Origin: a virus
Lineage: Duplodnaviria > Caudoviricetes
Length of the DNA stretch: 64,000 nucleotides
Virus record (IMG/VR): IMGVR_UViG_3300009092_000002
Coordinates: 1-64,000 of that record
Reading direction: 5' to 3' (one strand)
Shown here: positions 1-9,125 of the stretch, piece by piece
How positions within the stretch are numbered: position 1 is the stretch's first letter
How the letters are laid out: each line of letters starts with the position of its first letter
Translations under genes and position numbers: made by a program
Notes under the pieces: generated by a model
Seen by the model: only the letters and a program-made list of their open reading frames with translations
Told to the model about the DNA's origin: nothing
The model's database searches: none

Positions 1-64
1 CTTCTACCGCATCGGCGCACCCCACCAGGATCGCCACCAGCAACACGAACCAGGCACGAGTCAC
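1..64 (-). CDS. Partial putative lipoprotein (runs off window)
   Basis: Manual translation from GTG at 64: MTRAWFVLLVAILVG-CADAVE; lipobox LVGC; start overlaps stop of upstream ORF (GTGA). Confidence 0.5.
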   Translation of the reverse strand, partial: MTRAWFVLLVAILVGCADAVE

Positions 65-237
65 GCCTTCACCTCCACCGCCCGCCGTTCCTCTTCCACC
101 CAATGCCGCAGCGTCGGGTACTCCTTGTTGAACCGCGTGACCTTGGCCTCGGCGGCTTTCAGGCTGATCGGATTCCCGCGCAGCACTTGCTCGGGATGCT
201 CGCGGCTTGACCAGCAGACGCGGTAGAGGGTGGTCAT
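61..237 (-). CDS. Small hypothetical phage protein (58 aa)
   Basis: Manual translation MTTLYRVCWSSREHPEQ...EVKA*; ATGA-coupled to ORF 234..425. Confidence 0.6.
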   Translation of the reverse strand: MTTLYRVCWSSREHPEQVLRGNPISLKAAEAKVTRFNKEYPTLRHWVEEERRAVEVKA

Positions 238-425
238 GCGGCAAGGCCTCGCCCGTGGTCTTCTCCGTCGCAGTTAGCTACGACTAAAAACGTTGGCACG
301 TGGTATAGCTGTGGACGGGAATTACGGTCACAGAATGTCTCGACGTGAAACTTCCTGGCGAAGTAATACGCGAGCGGAGCGGCGTTACGTTGCCGGTAAA
401 AAGTAAATCTCTCAAGCAATGTCAT
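234..425 (-). CDS. Hypothetical protein
   Basis: ORF in tightly coupled leftward operon. Confidence 0.5.
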   Translation of the reverse strand: MTLLERFTFYRQRNAAPLAYYFARKFHVETFCDRNSRPQLYHVPTFLVVANCDGEDHGRGLAA

Positions 426-689
426 TTATCCAGCCCTCCTGAGCACAAGCTCTGGCCGACCCGCACTTTGAATCGGTCGCCGCAGTTCGTGAAGTAGCAG
501 CACGTCGGTAACGGTGCGAACAGGCAACCCCATCTCCTCTGCGACGTCTTCACTGGACTGTCGCGCGTGGAATTGATCGATAATCGCTTGGCGCACAATA
601 TGGGAGAGATGCCGAGGCTTTACCCGGCATTTACCCATTGCTCGGCGTTTCGTTTCTGAAGTTTCCGTTTTTATCTGTTGTTCATCCAT
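426..689 (-). CDS. Small HTH DNA-binding protein
   Basis: HTH-like segment SSEDVAEEMGLPVRTVTDVL. Confidence 0.6.
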   Translation of the reverse strand: MDEQQIKTETSETKRRAMGKCRVKPRHLSHIVRQAIIDQFHARQSSEDVAEEMGLPVRTVTDVLLLHELRRPIQSAGRPELVLRRAG

Positions 690-731
690 GTAATTTGCCT
701 CACTCTGAAGGTGCGGACTTCACAGGGGGCG

Positions 732-935
732 CTACTTGGCACCAGACTTCTTAGCCCGGCGCGCCTCTTCTCGATCCAACTTTTCGATGATGGCCGTTAT
801 ACAGAACTCGCGTAGCGTGGCGCGCAACTCTCGCGCCACCTCCGCATCAATCCGCAACTTCAGGCTTTCTGGAACTTGAAAGTTGATGCCGATTGTCGGC
901 TGCGGCTGCGTCTCATTTTGTTGTATGGTAGCCAT
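732..935 (-). CDS. Ribbon-helix-helix regulator (Arc/CopG-like; Cro-position gene)
   Basis: IGINFQVPESLKLRIDAEVARELRATLREFCITAIIEKL fits beta-alpha-alpha RHH pattern. Confidence 0.7.
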   Translation of the reverse strand: MATIQQNETQPQPTIGINFQVPESLKLRIDAEVARELRATLREFCITAIIEKLDREEARRAKKSGAK

Positions 936-948
936 GTAGTTCAGTAGT

Positions 949-1011
949 ATCGTAGATCACTTTCTAGAATTCTGTCAATAGCCCCGTTCAAGAATTCTAG
1001 AACTATAACAA
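949..1011. promoter_or_regulatory. Divergent promoter/operator region of the phage switch
   Basis: Perfect 12-bp inverted repeat TTCTAGAATTCT (962-973) / AGAATTCTAGAA (991-1002); leftward TTGACA (978-973)-18 nt-TACGAT (954-949); rightward -10 TACAAT (1006-1011) 6 nt before ATG 1018. Confidence 0.7.
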
Positions 1012-1017
1012 TTTGAA

Positions 1018-1506
1018 ATGATTGAGCCAGATAACATAAGCGATACTGAGACGCTAAAGAAGCTTGGGATTGAGGTTACCGTAGACCTTCACACCCGATT
1101 CAAAACAACAGCTTCGGGACGACGCATGTCATTGAAGGACGCCTTGAGTGATGCCCTGGAAGCGTGGATATCTGCCGCAGTACCCGGTACGCTACCTGCA
1201 AACGCGGGTATTCATGAACCCCAAAACCTAGGGACAGTCCCCAATGGACAACCAGGGGAAAACCCCCTTACAATACTTTTGCAGCAAATCCCCGAACTCA
1301 TCAAAAAAGTTGACGCTATTCTCAGCGCGGTGCGTCAGAATGGCCAGAATTTACTCAATATCTCGCGCGTGTCCGCCGCCGACTCGACGGGAAATCGAAA
1401 ATATGTTGACGCTATCGCTGGAGTTAAGCAAGCTGCGAAAGCAGGCCTACCTCCACGAAGAAAGGGCGGCAAAAAGGGAACGGGCGCTATTGGAAAGGTG
1501 TCTTGA
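1018..1506 (+). CDS. RHH (ParG/Arc-like) repressor candidate with C-terminal extension
   Basis: KKLGIEVTVDLHTRFKTTASGRRMSLKDALSDALEAWI RHH pattern; divergent from 732..935. Confidence 0.65.
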   Translation: MIEPDNISDTETLKKLGIEVTVDLHTRFKTTASGRRMSLKDALSDALEAWISAAVPGTLPANAGIHEPQNLGTVPNGQPGENPLTILLQQIPELIKKVDAILSAVRQNGQNLLNISRVSAADSTGNRKYVDAIAGVKQAAKAGLPPRRKGGKKGTGAIGKVS

Positions 1507-1617
1507 GGAAATTGACGGCAGGGAATGACGTAAGAATTTACATCTAAAATAAAAACGAGCCGCCGCAGTGCATCACCACCGCGACGGCTCAGATCACCGG
1601 ATCACTGGAGGATCACG

Positions 1618-1767
1618 ATGACCGACAACGATATTACTACGCTGGAAGCAGCGCTTGAACTGCTCGACCGGCACCGTCAGGGCTTGCTGACGGATGAACA
1701 ACTGGAGGCGGAACTAGTACGTACCGGAACCCAGCATCCGCAGAAGCTGTGGCATACTCCTCGGTGA
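1618..1767 (+). CDS. Small hypothetical protein (49 aa)
   Basis: GGAGG RBS then MTDNDITTLEAALELLDRHRQGLLTDEQLEAEL...; not in ORF track. Confidence 0.55.
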   Translation: MTDNDITTLEAALELLDRHRQGLLTDEQLEAELVRTGTQHPQKLWHTPR

Positions 1768-1773
1768 GGGGAT

Positions 1774-2511
1774 ATGGTCAAATGGCTGGCAAAGCTTCTT
1801 TACTGGAAGCTGGCAGTACCTAATTTCGTTAGCATTCTTCCGCCCGCCGTGCACGTTGCGAGTGGCCCGTTTCGCGGGATGCGCTATGTTCGAACCGCCC
1901 ACGGGAGCGCGCATTCCGCCAAGGTTCTAGGAACTTACGAACGGGAACTGCGCGATTGCGTGACTCTCGCGATGACGATGCCGTTTAAGTGCCTTGTCAA
2001 TATTGGAGCGGGAGAGGGTTACTACGCGATCGGGCTCGGTAGGGCCTTGCATAGCCAGATCGTCGCTTTCGAAGCAGAAGCGCACGGGCGTGGCCTCATT
2101 GCCCAATTGGCGGACTGGAATGGAGTTTCCGTTTCAATTCGCGGGCTGTGCGGAATTGATGAGCTCAACGATGCACTGGCGTCCACTGGCCCGGCCTTCG
2201 TTGTCTGCGACGTTGAGGGTTACGAGGCTGAACTGCTCGACCCGCAGAGAGTGGATGCGCTTGCGAGCGCCTGGGTTCTCGTGGAGTTGCATGAGACCCT
2301 GCGGCCCGGCGTCTCGGCGCTGATTGTGGAGCGCTTCAAGCGAACGCACCAGATCCTGGAGATCGCAAGTGAACCGCGCAGGTGGAAGGATTTTCCCGGC
2401 CGCCGGTCTTGGGCTGCACTACTTCCCAAGTCTCTCGCTTTCCGGGCGATGGAGGAGAGTCGCGCGGAGCAGTCCTGGTTCTGGATGCAACCGCTAAGCG
2501 CGCTACGGTGA
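1774..2511 (+). CDS. Class I SAM-dependent methyltransferase, FkbM-like
   Basis: NIGAGEGYY SAM-binding motif, acidic AFEAE motif II, CDVEGYE motif. Confidence 0.8.
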   Translation: MVKWLAKLLYWKLAVPNFVSILPPAVHVASGPFRGMRYVRTAHGSAHSAKVLGTYERELRDCVTLAMTMPFKCLVNIGAGEGYYAIGLGRALHSQIVAFEAEAHGRGLIAQLADWNGVSVSIRGLCGIDELNDALASTGPAFVVCDVEGYEAELLDPQRVDALASAWVLVELHETLRPGVSALIVERFKRTHQILEIASEPRRWKDFPGRRSWAALLPKSLAFRAMEESRAEQSWFWMQPLSALR

Positions 2512-5500
2512 ATCCGGGAACATGTTCGAGCAGCGGAAATTCCCACCGGCGAAGCCCTGGAATCGGTAGTTAGGAAACGGGTTGACGGTCTTGCTGCAGC
2601 CGAGCGAAACCTTGAGGGTTCCGGTGTGCGCGCGAGCGAGGTTGAACTTTAGCGTCCCAGCCGACCCCTTCACGCAAGTCTGTCCAGGCTCCGAGAACGC
2701 GGTGTAAACGAGTTCTGGTTCCTCGCCTCCAGTACTGTTTACCCAAAACGGCCGATTGAAGTAACTGCCCTGACCTCCGGTGCTAACGCTAGCCGGGCAG
2801 GTCGTGAAGGTTACCGTTTTGATTCCGGCACCGTCAAGTGTCCCAGTAGCGCCGTTGGCCACGTCTCCCTCGACTCCGGCCGCGACATCGGCGTCCCAGT
2901 CGTGAGCCGGGTACACCAGCTTGAGCCAAGCGAGGAATGCGGCGCGCTGCGTGCTGTCAGCGTCCCACGTGTTGAGCACGGTGATCCAGTAGGCCAGCCG
3001 ATCGCCGCCGCCTCCCGTACCGGACCAGCCATTCGCGGCGAAGCAGCACGGGTCGGCCGAGTAATTCGTAAAGACGTTGGTCCAGTAGGCCGCATTCTGC
3101 GTGTTGACAAAGTTCGCCGTGAACATTGCCAGGAACGAATTGGCGATCCGGTCGCGCCATTCAGTCGCCGTCATGAACCAATAATCAGGCGTAGATGCCT
3201 GGCTCCCAGCGCTGGATAGAAGACCAGTCCAGTCGATGCCGATGCTGCCATTGTGGAAGAACCAGTTTGCGTTCAGCGCACTTGCCTGTGTCGCGAATAT
3301 GCCGGCGAACAGTAATGACGGAGGTCCGGTTGGCCGGCAGTCTTTGGACACAGCGTTCAAAAAGGCCAGGTAGTACCCGTTATCGATGAGCGTTCCATTT
3401 CCCCAGCCGTTGCCTCCGTTGGCGATCACTTGGAGGTGATACCAGATATTGCTCTGGTAGTCGAAGGTGCAGTAATCCGGGTCTGTTGGCGATGAGGTTG
3501 CGATATTGTACAGGCCGGTGTGCAGGCCGATTCGATGCATTCCGGTGCTGAAGAAGGGACCAGGAGCAAGCACGCCATTCGATACCGACCAGTTCGGATT
3601 AGGAGTAGCCGAGGTTCCATGCGCTGCCGCCTGCCGCTGGCCGTCGAACTGAAACGTCTGCTTCTCAACCGCGATCTCCCATGACTTTACCGTCGCGAGT
3701 AATTGGATGGAAAAGCTGTTCATCGGCCACACCGCAGGAGGACGCTGGCCAGCCAATGTCACTGAGCCGTTTCCCGTGAAACCTGAAGCCTGAAGAGTGG
3801 CGTCCAGCCAATTGTCGCCACGATTGTAGATGTCTCCAAACTGCTTTGCAGAAAATGCCGAGTAACTGTTAGGGGCCATGTTGTCGATCACATCGTTAAC
3901 ACGGGTCAGCGCCGTTGACGCGCCGAAATTCAGCGACGGGAAGCAGTCCGATGGATAGCAGACGGGAATCCATTGCAACCAGTCCCCGAATTGCCACGGG
4001 ATCGGAACATTGCGTGGGTCGAGTTTGGAGTCAAAGGCGAACTTGGTATTATCCATGTACTCCCAGGTATCCATGCCGTAAGTGAGTACGGCGTCGATCC
4101 CGGCTCCGGCAAAGAACTTGACCGTGTTGCTGATCCCAAGAGTCGATTCTGTGTACGTCCCGTTGGCCACGTTGACGGTCGTAAACGTCCGCGTGGTGCC
4201 GGAGCCGCCCGTAATGGCGTAGTCGTTGTTCAGGTCCGTATCGACCGTTGCGCCCCAAACTATGATCGCGTCTCCTGTCACGAATCCGGGATCAGCGGAG
4301 AAGGTTGCCGTCGTGACGTTTGAGGAGGTGACAAGCTGCGTTAGCGTTCCGTTGGACTTGTTAAACGTGCCCACCGACATCCCCGGGCCAGGCTGAAGAG
4401 GAGGATTCCATGGGCGCCCATTTATCGGAACAGGGACAGCCGCCGCGCGAATGAACGCAGCTATGTTGTCACCTTCCTGGTCCGTCATGCCGTGGAATTT
4501 GGCGCGCTCACGGATGGCATTATTGGAGAAGTTATAGACCTTTAGATCCTTCCCCTGTTTTGTGTGGCAGGCAGCGCAGGTCGTGATGGTGGACAGGACG
4601 TTATTGACGTATGGCGCTTGCGGATTCACCATCGCCGCCACGTTCGGCGTCCCGGCCGCATTTCCGTACAGCCAGAGATTCCCTCCGGCGACCGCATCAG
4701 AGCCCCCTGGAGCAGCGCTGGGCATAGCGGCAGCGGTGAAAGCGGAATTGGCGATAATTCCCCGAGCGGCAGCGATGACAGGCTGGGTCATATAACCCGT
4801 GGTGACGATTGTGTTTCTATTCACGGGGACGGTGTAGGTTCCGTTGGGGGATGTGCAACCTGACGTGCTAGTAACGGTAGTTCCACAGGGCGTGAAATCA
4901 AATGTGTTCGTCGCAGCCGCGGTGAGCGTTCTCAAGCCTCCGAACCTCATGTACATTCCGGGCGTGAACTGCATGAGCACCGTGTCGCCGGAACTGTAGC
5001 CGTTTGATGAGCACGTCGGGGTTGCGACATTGCTGGTCACCGAAATCTGGGTGCAGGTTTTGTTCGCCTCGATGAGATTGAGCGCCAGGATGCGCGCGCC
5101 GCTGGTGTTGCCTTCGGTTCCGTTGAATCGAATTCCTATCGTGACCGTCGTGTCGCTGCTACCTACCGTTCCGTCTGGGACAACCAGAGTAAATTCCCTG
5201 ACCCGCGCGTAACTCCCGATGTCGCCGTAGTACTTCATTTCGTCGATGCCGGTCGCATTGGCATTGGTCAACGCTATCCACGAGCCGCCGTCGATCTGGA
5301 AACTAATCTTGCCATCGGGGCGAACTGCGCTCGTGTAGCCGGGATTGTGGATACGAATGTACAGCCGTAGACTCGTTGACGCATGTCCGCTGATAAGCGG
5401 AAGCTGTACACGGGTGACGTAGCAGTCCTGCCCGATCACTTCAATCGGCATTGGAAGCGGTGCGGTTGTGATCGTCGAGAACGGGATTTGGGGGATAGTG

Positions 5501-5907
5501 CCGAAGCCATCGCAGGTATTCGTCTTGTACGCCCCGGCTGCCGCCGACACGGTGAACGGAGAAACGATGGAGCCGCCACTATCCAGCCGGATTAGCCAAA
5601 CGTACAACTGTCCCCACTGCATGTTGAGCGTTGTCAGGCTGGCAGTCCCTCCCACACCGCAAGGATCTGCGCAGGTAGTCAGGGTGATCGCTGAAGTTGG
5701 CGGTGTGAAGATGGTCGAGACCACCACTGCAGCCCTCGCCCATGCCGCTGGGACGCCCACCTTGCGCTCCACAGCACCCCCGGCAGGGCCGGAGTTATTC
5801 ACGGTGAAGTGAGTCGCTCCAACGTCGAGCCTGACGGCAAACTCCTGGCCGTGGTTTGCCGCGAACAGTGGAATGTGGGCGAGTAGGAACAAAAGCGCTG
5901 TTTTCAT
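2503..5907 (-). CDS. Large exported protein with c-type haem motif and beta-rich modules
   Basis: Signal peptide MKTALLFLLAHIPLFA; CAACH at 4564-4578; many Cys pairs; Thr/Gly-rich beta modules. Confidence 0.75.
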   Translation of the reverse strand: MKTALLFLLAHIPLFAANHGQEFAVRLDVGATHFTVNNSGPAGGAVERKVGVPAAWARAAVVVSTIFTPPTSAITLTTCADPCGVGGTASLTTLNMQWGQLYVWLIRLDSGGSIVSPFTVSAAAGAYKTNTCDGFGTIPQIPFSTITTAPLPMPIEVIGQDCYVTRVQLPLISGHASTSLRLYIRIHNPGYTSAVRPDGKISFQIDGGSWIALTNANATGIDEMKYYGDIGSYARVREFTLVVPDGTVGSSDTTVTIGIRFNGTEGNTSGARILALNLIEANKTCTQISVTSNVATPTCSSNGYSSGDTVLMQFTPGMYMRFGGLRTLTAAATNTFDFTPCGTTVTSTSGCTSPNGTYTVPVNRNTIVTTGYMTQPVIAAARGIIANSAFTAAAMPSAAPGGSDAVAGGNLWLYGNAAGTPNVAAMVNPQAPYVNNVLSTITTCAACHTKQGKDLKVYNFSNNAIRERAKFHGMTDQEGDNIAAFIRAAAVPVPINGRPWNPPLQPGPGMSVGTFNKSNGTLTQLVTSSNVTTATFSADPGFVTGDAIIVWGATVDTDLNNDYAITGGSGTTRTFTTVNVANGTYTESTLGISNTVKFFAGAGIDAVLTYGMDTWEYMDNTKFAFDSKLDPRNVPIPWQFGDWLQWIPVCYPSDCFPSLNFGASTALTRVNDVIDNMAPNSYSAFSAKQFGDIYNRGDNWLDATLQASGFTGNGSVTLAGQRPPAVWPMNSFSIQLLATVKSWEIAVEKQTFQFDGQRQAAAHGTSATPNPNWSVSNGVLAPGPFFSTGMHRIGLHTGLYNIATSSPTDPDYCTFDYQSNIWYHLQVIANGGNGWGNGTLIDNGYYLAFLNAVSKDCRPTGPPSLLFAGIFATQASALNANWFFHNGSIGIDWTGLLSSAGSQASTPDYWFMTATEWRDRIANSFLAMFTANFVNTQNAAYWTNVFTNYSADPCCFAANGWSGTGGGGDRLAYWITVLNTWDADSTQRAAFLAWLKLVYPAHDWDADVAAGVEGDVANGATGTLDGAGIKTVTFTTCPASVSTGGQGSYFNRPFWVNSTGGEEPELVYTAFSEPGQTCVKGSAGTLKFNLARAHTGTLKVSLGCSKTVNPFPNYRFQGFAGGNFRCSNMFPDSP

Positions 5908-6059
5908 TGCGCTCCTCGGTGAGCATCACCGCTAAAATGTGGACTGGGCGAAAACGTTTGGATTGGCCAATACGGCGGGGCCGCCTGCCTTGGCCGCTTC
6001 ACGCAACCAGTTAGCAGCAAGAGGCCAAACAGAAGGCTGAGCGTTAGTAAGCGTCGCAT
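5904..6059 (-). CDS. Small Pro-rich lipoprotein (51 aa), o-spanin-like candidate
   Basis: Manual translation MRRLLTLSLLFGLLLLTG-CVKRPRQAAPPYWP...; lipobox LTGC; stop overlaps next ATG (ATGA). Confidence 0.65.
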   Translation of the reverse strand: MRRLLTLSLLFGLLLLTGCVKRPRQAAPPYWPIQTFSPSPHFSGDAHRGAQ

Positions 6060-8371
6060 TTGTAGACCAGAACATCCCCCGATACCGTCGTGCCGGAAAA
6101 GGTCGCGGTCGTTGTTGTCGATGCCGTCTGTCGCATGAGATTCGCGGTTGTCTGATTACTCATAGAACAGGCGTATCCATTTGGGGCGGTGGCCGCGAAT
6201 GTCACGACCGGCGTACACGTCCCCGTGGTTCCGCTCGTGATCGTACCGGCCGTGTTGGCCCCGGCTATCGCAGTACCGCAACCCGAGGGGGTAGACGGAG
6301 CCGCTCCCTTGTGTATATAGGTCCGGTATCCGACATCCGCAAAATTGGTGCTATCGCTGTCCTTTACGTCTAACTTTCCGAAGCCCGCGCCGACAAGGTT
6401 GTAGTTGCTGGCCATCTTAATCAGGCCAGACGATCCCGTTTCAAGCCTGTTCGTCCCGGTGAAATACAGCGTTGTAAGGGTGTCGCTGGTCGTAAACGTC
6501 AGATTGGCGTGCTGGGCAAGGTTGCCGCTGGCGTCCACATAAAGAATGCGGCCTGAGGTGCCACCGGAGACAGCGCCTCCGATGGTCGCACCACCGCCAG
6601 CCCCAAACGGCTGGGCGAAGTAGTTCGTTCCGTCAGAGCAAACATCCATCCCGGTCGGCGCTGAAGCTGAACCTGCGGACAGAGTTAAATTCGCCGCCGC
6701 TCCGTTGATGTTCTGGCCGGAGCGCGCTACCGTGACTACTCCAGTGCCGTAGTTGAGCACCCTGACACACTTCCCGTCTGCGGGCTGGGAGCCCGAAGCC
6801 ACCAAGGTCGCAGTGAATGTTCCAGACGCTACCGTGATGACCTTGTTCTGGTCGAAATCCGATGTCAATAGCTGATATGTGGTCGTTTGGGCGTTTTTAA
6901 CGAACGGCCTGGAGGCAAGCGAGTTCCAGAGATACCCCGTTGCGTTCGTCAGCACCGCGGCGCTCGGAGTCCCTATGTCGGGGGTTGTCAAAGTAGGAGA
7001 TGTCGCAAAGACGAGATTTCCAGAGCCGGTCTCGCCGGTGACCGCCGCCGCCAGATTAGCGCTTGAGGGCGTTCCTAGCCATGTTAAAACGCCAGTCCCA
7101 AGCGCCGTGCTGGTTACGGCAAACGAAGATCCGGCGAAGGTTGCCAACCCAGCCGCCGGTGCGCTCGGAGCGGTAACCCCGGACCCAGCCACGCTAACCG
7201 AATGTTGTGCATTTGTGCCGTCGAACCAACCGTGACGCCCGGTTAACGTCACATACAGGCCGCCTGAATCGATGCTGCTGGGAATGTTGGCTGGGACGAT
7301 TATCACCGACGCTTCTGTCGCGCTGGATGAGAAAGTGTTGTTCGCTCCGGCAACGGCGTTGCTAGCCGCGAGGTCGAAGAACGCCCCAGCGAGAACCGAA
7401 GAGTCGAAAGAGAGCGTCTGACTGCTGCGCGTCAACCCCGCCCCTAGCAGAATAGCTCCGGTCGCCGTGTCTATGCTGGAGACGCCGCCCCCTGCGCCGC
7501 CGCTGGTGCCACATGAGAAAGCGTCCGTAGATTGGGTGAAATTTAAATGGTTCCCGCCAGTGTCAGTACAGTCTGGGATCACTTTGGCAGTCGCGGTCGT
7601 ATTCGCCGTTGTGATGACTTCTACCGAGTGCGCCGCAGCAGTGGCGCTGTAGGCAATACCGTTGACCTTTGACACGGTGACGGCCGGGAATGTCGTCGTA
7701 ACGTCGCCCGTCATTACCCCGGCATTCGTTAATCGTGCAGCCGCCAGAGCGCCTGATGCAATCGCTGCGGCATCCAGGGTTCCACCGCTGTTTGCCGCCG
7801 CATGGGCGTGGTTAGCGTTAGTGAAGCCGGTTGCCGAGATGGTCGGGGTAGTCAGCGTTTTGGCGGCGAGGGTTTGCGTTGAGCCTAGATTTACCAGCGT
7901 ATCGGTTGCGTCTGGGATGGTAACAACCCTGTTGCCGGTCGGCGTGCCCGTTAAGCGCAAGTAAGTGCTTCCGAAAGTTCCGCTCCCCCACAGAAACAGG
8001 TCCCGAAACGGCTTTGTAGTTGAACCCGCGTCTACACCCGTTTGTGCGAGAAGGGAGGTATTAATTGAAACGGAAGCAAGGTTATCCAAAGCCGTACTTG
8101 CGCCACCGGAGCCGCTGTTAAGTTGCTGGGTCCACGTGTTCGTGGCGGAGCACATGAAGATTTGCTGACCGGCCGTAGCGTCAGTCGCAAAATAAAGCTG
8201 TCCCACCGCACACGTTGCCGGAATGGTGGCAACCGTACCGCTGAGCGCTAAAGACAACCCCCCGAAGCAGTCCGACAGACCTGTCTCTGGGTTCCTTCCA
8301 ATTTTCCCGCACTGTCCGAACGCAACAATACTCAAAATCAGCGGCAACGCCGCGCGAATAAGATATTTCAT
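6044..8371 (-). CDS. Tail-fibre-like protein with signal peptide
   Basis: MKYLIRAALPLILSIVAFG-Q signal; Thr/Gly/Ala-rich fibre-type segments (TSPTLTTPDIGTPSAAVLTNATG). Confidence 0.7.
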   Translation of the reverse strand: MKYLIRAALPLILSIVAFGQCGKIGRNPETGLSDCFGGLSLALSGTVATIPATCAVGQLYFATDATAGQQIFMCSATNTWTQQLNSGSGGASTALDNLASVSINTSLLAQTGVDAGSTTKPFRDLFLWGSGTFGSTYLRLTGTPTGNRVVTIPDATDTLVNLGSTQTLAAKTLTTPTISATGFTNANHAHAAANSGGTLDAAAIASGALAAARLTNAGVMTGDVTTTFPAVTVSKVNGIAYSATAAAHSVEVITTANTTATAKVIPDCTDTGGNHLNFTQSTDAFSCGTSGGAGGGVSSIDTATGAILLGAGLTRSSQTLSFDSSVLAGAFFDLAASNAVAGANNTFSSSATEASVIIVPANIPSSIDSGGLYVTLTGRHGWFDGTNAQHSVSVAGSGVTAPSAPAAGLATFAGSSFAVTSTALGTGVLTWLGTPSSANLAAAVTGETGSGNLVFATSPTLTTPDIGTPSAAVLTNATGYLWNSLASRPFVKNAQTTTYQLLTSDFDQNKVITVASGTFTATLVASGSQPADGKCVRVLNYGTGVVTVARSGQNINGAAANLTLSAGSASAPTGMDVCSDGTNYFAQPFGAGGGATIGGAVSGGTSGRILYVDASGNLAQHANLTFTTSDTLTTLYFTGTNRLETGSSGLIKMASNYNLVGAGFGKLDVKDSDSTNFADVGYRTYIHKGAAPSTPSGCGTAIAGANTAGTITSGTTGTCTPVVTFAATAPNGYACSMSNQTTANLMRQTASTTTTATFSGTTVSGDVLVYKCDAY

Positions 8372-8429
8372 GGGGTCTCCTAGTGAATTCCCTGAGTGCC
8401 GGGAAAAAGCTAACAGCGGTAAACTTTAG

Positions 8430-9125
8430 GTGCTAAGGATGTTGGTTTACGTTCAGCAATCGTTGCTTGCCTTCGCAACGCTCGGCTATCTCGTGCTATT
8501 TGTGCGGCTCATGCAAACGACTGGATTCCTGCGGGTTAAGTTCTTTACGCTTTACGTCGGAGTGATGGTTCCGGCGTCCATGCTGTGGAATCCACGGGAC
8601 ACGTTAAATGTTGTCGGCTGGGGAGCAATTCTGATTCTGCTGAAAATCTGCGTTGCCATCGAGGTCTATTTAATCGTCGCGCCACGGCTGCACATCAAAG
8701 AGCGCCGCGGAATCCTGTTGACGGTGACCGGCATTGCGGGACTTTGCTGTCTCGTGGTTACGCTCGGATGGGAGCCGAAAAGCCAATGGCTGCTAATGGA
8801 CTGGTATCGAGCCTTTCGCCAACTTTCACACGTGGCACTTTCGGCGATGCTGCTGTTTGGGATTGTCGGCTGCCTGTGCGTTCGAGTGCCGCATTTGGAG
8901 CGATGGGAGAGAAATCACGCTCTGGTGACTACGCTGTACTTTTTGATCATGACCGCCCGCACATTTGTCAGGCCAGGAAAGGGTGAGGCTGATCTGTGGA
9001 ACGTTACCGACTCGCTGGTTTCGGCCGGCGTCTGCTTATGTGTAGCGCTGTGGCTACAATTTGTCGTCCCCAAGAAATCTCAATTTCAGGCGTTTTTCAA
9101 TCTTAGAAATCCTACGATCATGTGA
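8430..9125 (+). CDS. Polytopic membrane protein (about 6-7 TM), antisense moron
   Basis: Repeated hydrophobic helices; opposite strand to the late operon; TAAACT -10 at 8420-8425. Confidence 0.7.
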   Translation: MLRMLVYVQQSLLAFATLGYLVLFVRLMQTTGFLRVKFFTLYVGVMVPASMLWNPRDTLNVVGWGAILILLKICVAIEVYLIVAPRLHIKERRGILLTVTGIAGLCCLVVTLGWEPKSQWLLMDWYRAFRQLSHVALSAMLLFGIVGCLCVRVPHLERWERNHALVTTLYFLIMTARTFVRPGKGEADLWNVTDSLVSAGVCLCVALWLQFVVPKKSQFQAFFNLRNPTIM

